In this document: positions 50,515 through 53,175 of the stretch, piece by piece | Numbering within the stretch: position 1 is the stretch's first letter | Layout of the letters: each line of letters opens with the position of its first letter | IMG/VR virus record: IMGVR_UViG_3300025889_000163 | Coordinates: 1-53,175 of that record | Strand: one strand, 5' to 3' | Source of the DNA: a virus | Taxonomy: Duplodnaviria; Caudoviricetes | DNA length: 53,175 nt | Program-made: the position numbers and the translations under genes | The notes under the pieces: model-generated | What the model was told of the DNA's origin: nothing | Databases searched by the model: none | Seen by the model: the letters and a program-made list of their open reading frames with translations, nothing else

Positions 50515-53175
50515 ATGGCAACAAGAAAACAAATACTTTTACCTCGTAGCGATATTCCTGGACGTGCTCCTACGCTTAATGAGATAGAGTTTGGCGAAAT
50601 TGCCATCAACACTCATGATGGTAAAGCATACATCAAGAAAGAAGCGAACGGCGAAGTTACCATACAAGCGATCGGTGATGATGCTGTAGAAAATGTCTAT
50701 TATGTATCTAAGTCTGGGCAATATGGAAATGATGGACGTTCTCTTCTAAACTCTTTTAAAACCTTAGATTCTGCTGTTTCTGTTGTTTATGCTAAACAGT
50801 CTTTCAAATTTGATAAAACTCTTTGCGAACGTGATCTTAATGTTCTTATGGACGGAGTCCGTTTCGATATGGCGCTTGGTACAAACTGGAACCAGGTGTA
50901 TGGTGGTATTGCATATCGAAGAGGAAATTCCGCTAAAGTAACCAACGAACAGTTAGCAGCAACTCGTCAAGCAATCAATGAAGAAAGGATTGGCGTTATT
51001 TCTGTTCCCGAAGTTGGTTCTGATGTTACTGCAAAATCTAGGGCAAACAGATACTTTGAAGAAGTAGTTGACATTCTGGTCAACGGAGAGTCGGTAGCTG
51101 ATGAATTAGTTTTTCCAGCCCCAATTACTGTTGTTGGAACAGACCAAGAAACTGCAGCAAATCTTTTGCAAGCAAATAAGAGTTTTATTCAAGAAGAAAT
51201 TGTTAGGTACATTAATTCAACAGAACTAACATCCTTTGATGTACAAAAATGTCAACGTGATGTTGGTTTAATAATTGATGCGATAAAACGAGATTTGCTT
51301 GTAGGGACTAATTTTTGGTCAGTTACAGCAGCTAATGCGTATCTTCGTGAAGAATCTGCATACGTTTTAACTGGTCAAATGGATGCTACGATTGCAGCAG
51401 TTACCGAGCTTAGAAACAAAATAATTAATGATGTTGGTAATCCAGGAAATAAAATAACGGATTCATTCCAATATATTTTAGATGTTCTTGGAGGGATTGT
51501 CACATCTCCATTTATTAATGATCCTGCTGGAACAATAACGTATCCTGTTACAGCAGGAACTTATTCGGGGGAGACAAATCCGAATCGTGCCAACCAGAGA
51601 GATGCAATTGTATCAGCAAGAGCAACTTTAATAGCAGATACTTCATCTTTCGTTCAAACGAATTATCCTGGGTTATATGACGATTTAGTAAACAACAATA
51701 CATTATCTCTTTGCGAAAGAGATACTGGATTTATTATTGATGGGTTAATTGCTGATTTGACATATGGTGGTAATACTGCTTCAAGGCAATCTGCTTTAGC
51801 ATATTATTCTGGAGGAGTATTACAATTAGGTCTTGCAGAAGCAATCCCAACGGTTGCTGCATTTACAGACCTTGCTACCAGAATTAAGGCATTACCTGAC
51901 GTCACTGAAGATTCTAGAGTAGATGAGTTAATTCAATACATAACTGATTATATCACTAATCCCAGTGGGATTAACGAAGAAGAAATTAATAGTAATATTG
52001 GTACATATCCTAATTTAACAGAATATGACCTAATTCAAGGCAATAAGGTACAATTACAACTTTATACTGTAGATTTTGTAAAAGAAACTAATCCGGTTAC
52101 TAATTTCAATCAAGATAAATGTTATCGCGACACAGGTTATATCATTGATGCTATTCTTGTAGATTTGTATAACGGAACTGATTACAATTCAATCATTGCT
52201 GGTATTGCATATCAAAGGGGTAATGCATCAAGCAATAAAGTTCAAAATGATCAACTCACTTATACAATTCAAGCGATTGAATATCTTGGAAACTTAATTG
52301 GTAATGAGATTAGTGCTTCCGGCAGATCTTTTGTGCAACAAAGAATTACGCAAATCACTCAGTTAATTCAAGAGACCTCCATTTATGGTTATGAAGACGG
52401 AGATCCGATAGATTTTAGTGGAGAAGCAATTAATTTTAGTGCTAGAAATGCAGCAAATGCGCTTCAAGCAAATCGTAGAGCAATTCAACGCAGATTAATT
52501 ACGTGGATTCAAGAAAATTATGACACCCTTGAATATAATCAAGATAAATGCGAACGAGACGTTGGATTTTTAGTAGATGCTGTAACTCATGATATTCTAT
52601 ATGGTGGTGGATTTGCTATGAGAGTTGCTGCCAGATCATATTGGGTGGGAACAGATCTTCATGGTCCTGATGGAAATTTAGATGGCGACGCAGATGTTTG
52701 GGAATTCCAGTTAGGAAATGGAGAAAGAATAGCAACTATTGATGCATATAATGAATTAAAAAATATAATGAAATTATATGTAACAACTCCAACAGAACAA
52801 GGAAGAATTGATACTTTACTAGATGTATTGGTTGATCCGGTTTCTGGATCTCTCTCGCAAAACATTGCCGATACAACAAAGGGAGAAACTTTCCAATCTT
52901 CGGATTTTACGGATTATTTTTTCGTAGATGATACTGATGTAATTCAATCACGAAAAACATATTATCAGGAACTAACTGTCATATACTCTAATGACATTTT
53001 CCCAACCTATTCATACAATCAAACTAAGTGTAGAAGAGATGTAGGATATATCGTTGATGGGTTAACATATGATATGATGTATGGGGGAAATTCTGCAACT
53101 ACTATTAATGCTAATGCATATTTTTCTGTAAAAGGAAATGGATACCTTGACCTTGTAGGGCAAATGAAATCGAAG
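50515..53175 (+). CDS. Large virion protein with tandem phycobiliprotein-like CxRD repeats (partial, runs off the window)
   Basis: Hand-translated: open for 887 codons; fibre-type N-terminus (RSDIPGRAP...GEIAINTHDGK; YYVSKSG..GNDG); six C-x-R-D...D..xG repeats. Confidence 0.85.
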   Translation, partial: MATRKQILLPRSDIPGRAPTLNEIEFGEIAINTHDGKAYIKKEANGEVTIQAIGDDAVENVYYVSKSGQYGNDGRSLLNSFKTLDSAVSVVYAKQSFKFDKTLCERDLNVLMDGVRFDMALGTNWNQVYGGIAYRRGNSAKVTNEQLAATRQAINEERIGVISVPEVGSDVTAKSRANRYFEEVVDILVNGESVADELVFPAPITVVGTDQETAANLLQANKSFIQEEIVRYINSTELTSFDVQKCQRDVGLIIDAIKRDLLVGTNFWSVTAANAYLREESAYVLTGQMDATIAAVTELRNKIINDVGNPGNKITDSFQYILDVLGGIVTSPFINDPAGTITYPVTAGTYSGETNPNRANQRDAIVSARATLIADTSSFVQTNYPGLYDDLVNNNTLSLCERDTGFIIDGLIADLTYGGNTASRQSALAYYSGGVLQLGLAEAIPTVAAFTDLATRIKALPDVTEDSRVDELIQYITDYITNPSGINEEEINSNIGTYPNLTEYDLIQGNKVQLQLYTVDFVKETNPVTNFNQDKCYRDTGYIIDAILVDLYNGTDYNSIIAGIAYQRGNASSNKVQNDQLTYTIQAIEYLGNLIGNEISASGRSFVQQRITQITQLIQETSIYGYEDGDPIDFSGEAINFSARNAANALQANRRAIQRRLITWIQENYDTLEYNQDKCERDVGFLVDAVTHDILYGGGFAMRVAARSYWVGTDLHGPDGNLDGDADVWEFQLGNGERIATIDAYNELKNIMKLYVTTPTEQGRIDTLLDVLVDPVSGSLSQNIADTTKGETFQSSDFTDYFFVDDTDVIQSRKTYYQELTVIYSNDIFPTYSYNQTKCRRDVGYIVDGLTYDMMYGGNSATTINANAYFSVKGNGYLDLVGQMKSK

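Noticed and set aside
20308-52865. Many short antisense or alternate-frame ORFs in the track (e.g. 20538..21005, 43569..43895, 45432..45752, 52659..52865)
   Set aside because: They are shadows of long, well-supported genes, with no RBS or motif support.

Overview
A 53-kb segment of a large T4-like (myovirus) phage genome, probably marine. Strong Shine-Dalgarno use, IHF-consensus boxes and the lack of photosystem genes in this window point to a non-cyanobacterial, likely proteobacterial, host (inference). 1-15.1 kb (+) is accessory/replication: PD-(D/E)xK exonuclease, heme oxygenase, ferredoxin-dependent bilin reductase, YbaN, small early genes behind four repeated promoters, tRNA-Tyr, tRNA-Pro, glycan-modifying enzymes, thermonuclease, ThyX, gp33 and gp32. 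15.2-19.9 kb (-) holds a tape-measure-like gene, gp51, gp26, gp54, gp2 and gp4. 19.9-53.2 kb (+) is baseplate/fibre genes (gp48, gp53, hub, split gp5, gp25, gp6, gp8, DUF4815 protein) under TATAAATA late promoters. Top observations: (1) an ORF missing from the supplied track (50515 to window end) has six tandem ~140-160-aa helical repeats resembling phycobiliprotein domains, and all six of its cysteines lie in CxRD bilin-attachment-like motifs; with the heme oxygenase and bilin reductase this suggests a bilin-chromophorylated virion protein. (2) A 2838-aa protein has mirror-matched repeat arms around a central domain (a predicted giant hairpin fibre), followed by a glycosyltransferase/oxygenase cassette. 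(3) Four early promoters carry an IHF box at identical spacing, and a nearby hairpin has a loop antisense to their ribosome-binding sites. (4) A candidate -1 frameshift joins gp26 to gp51. All family calls come from motif recognition by eye; no searches were run.
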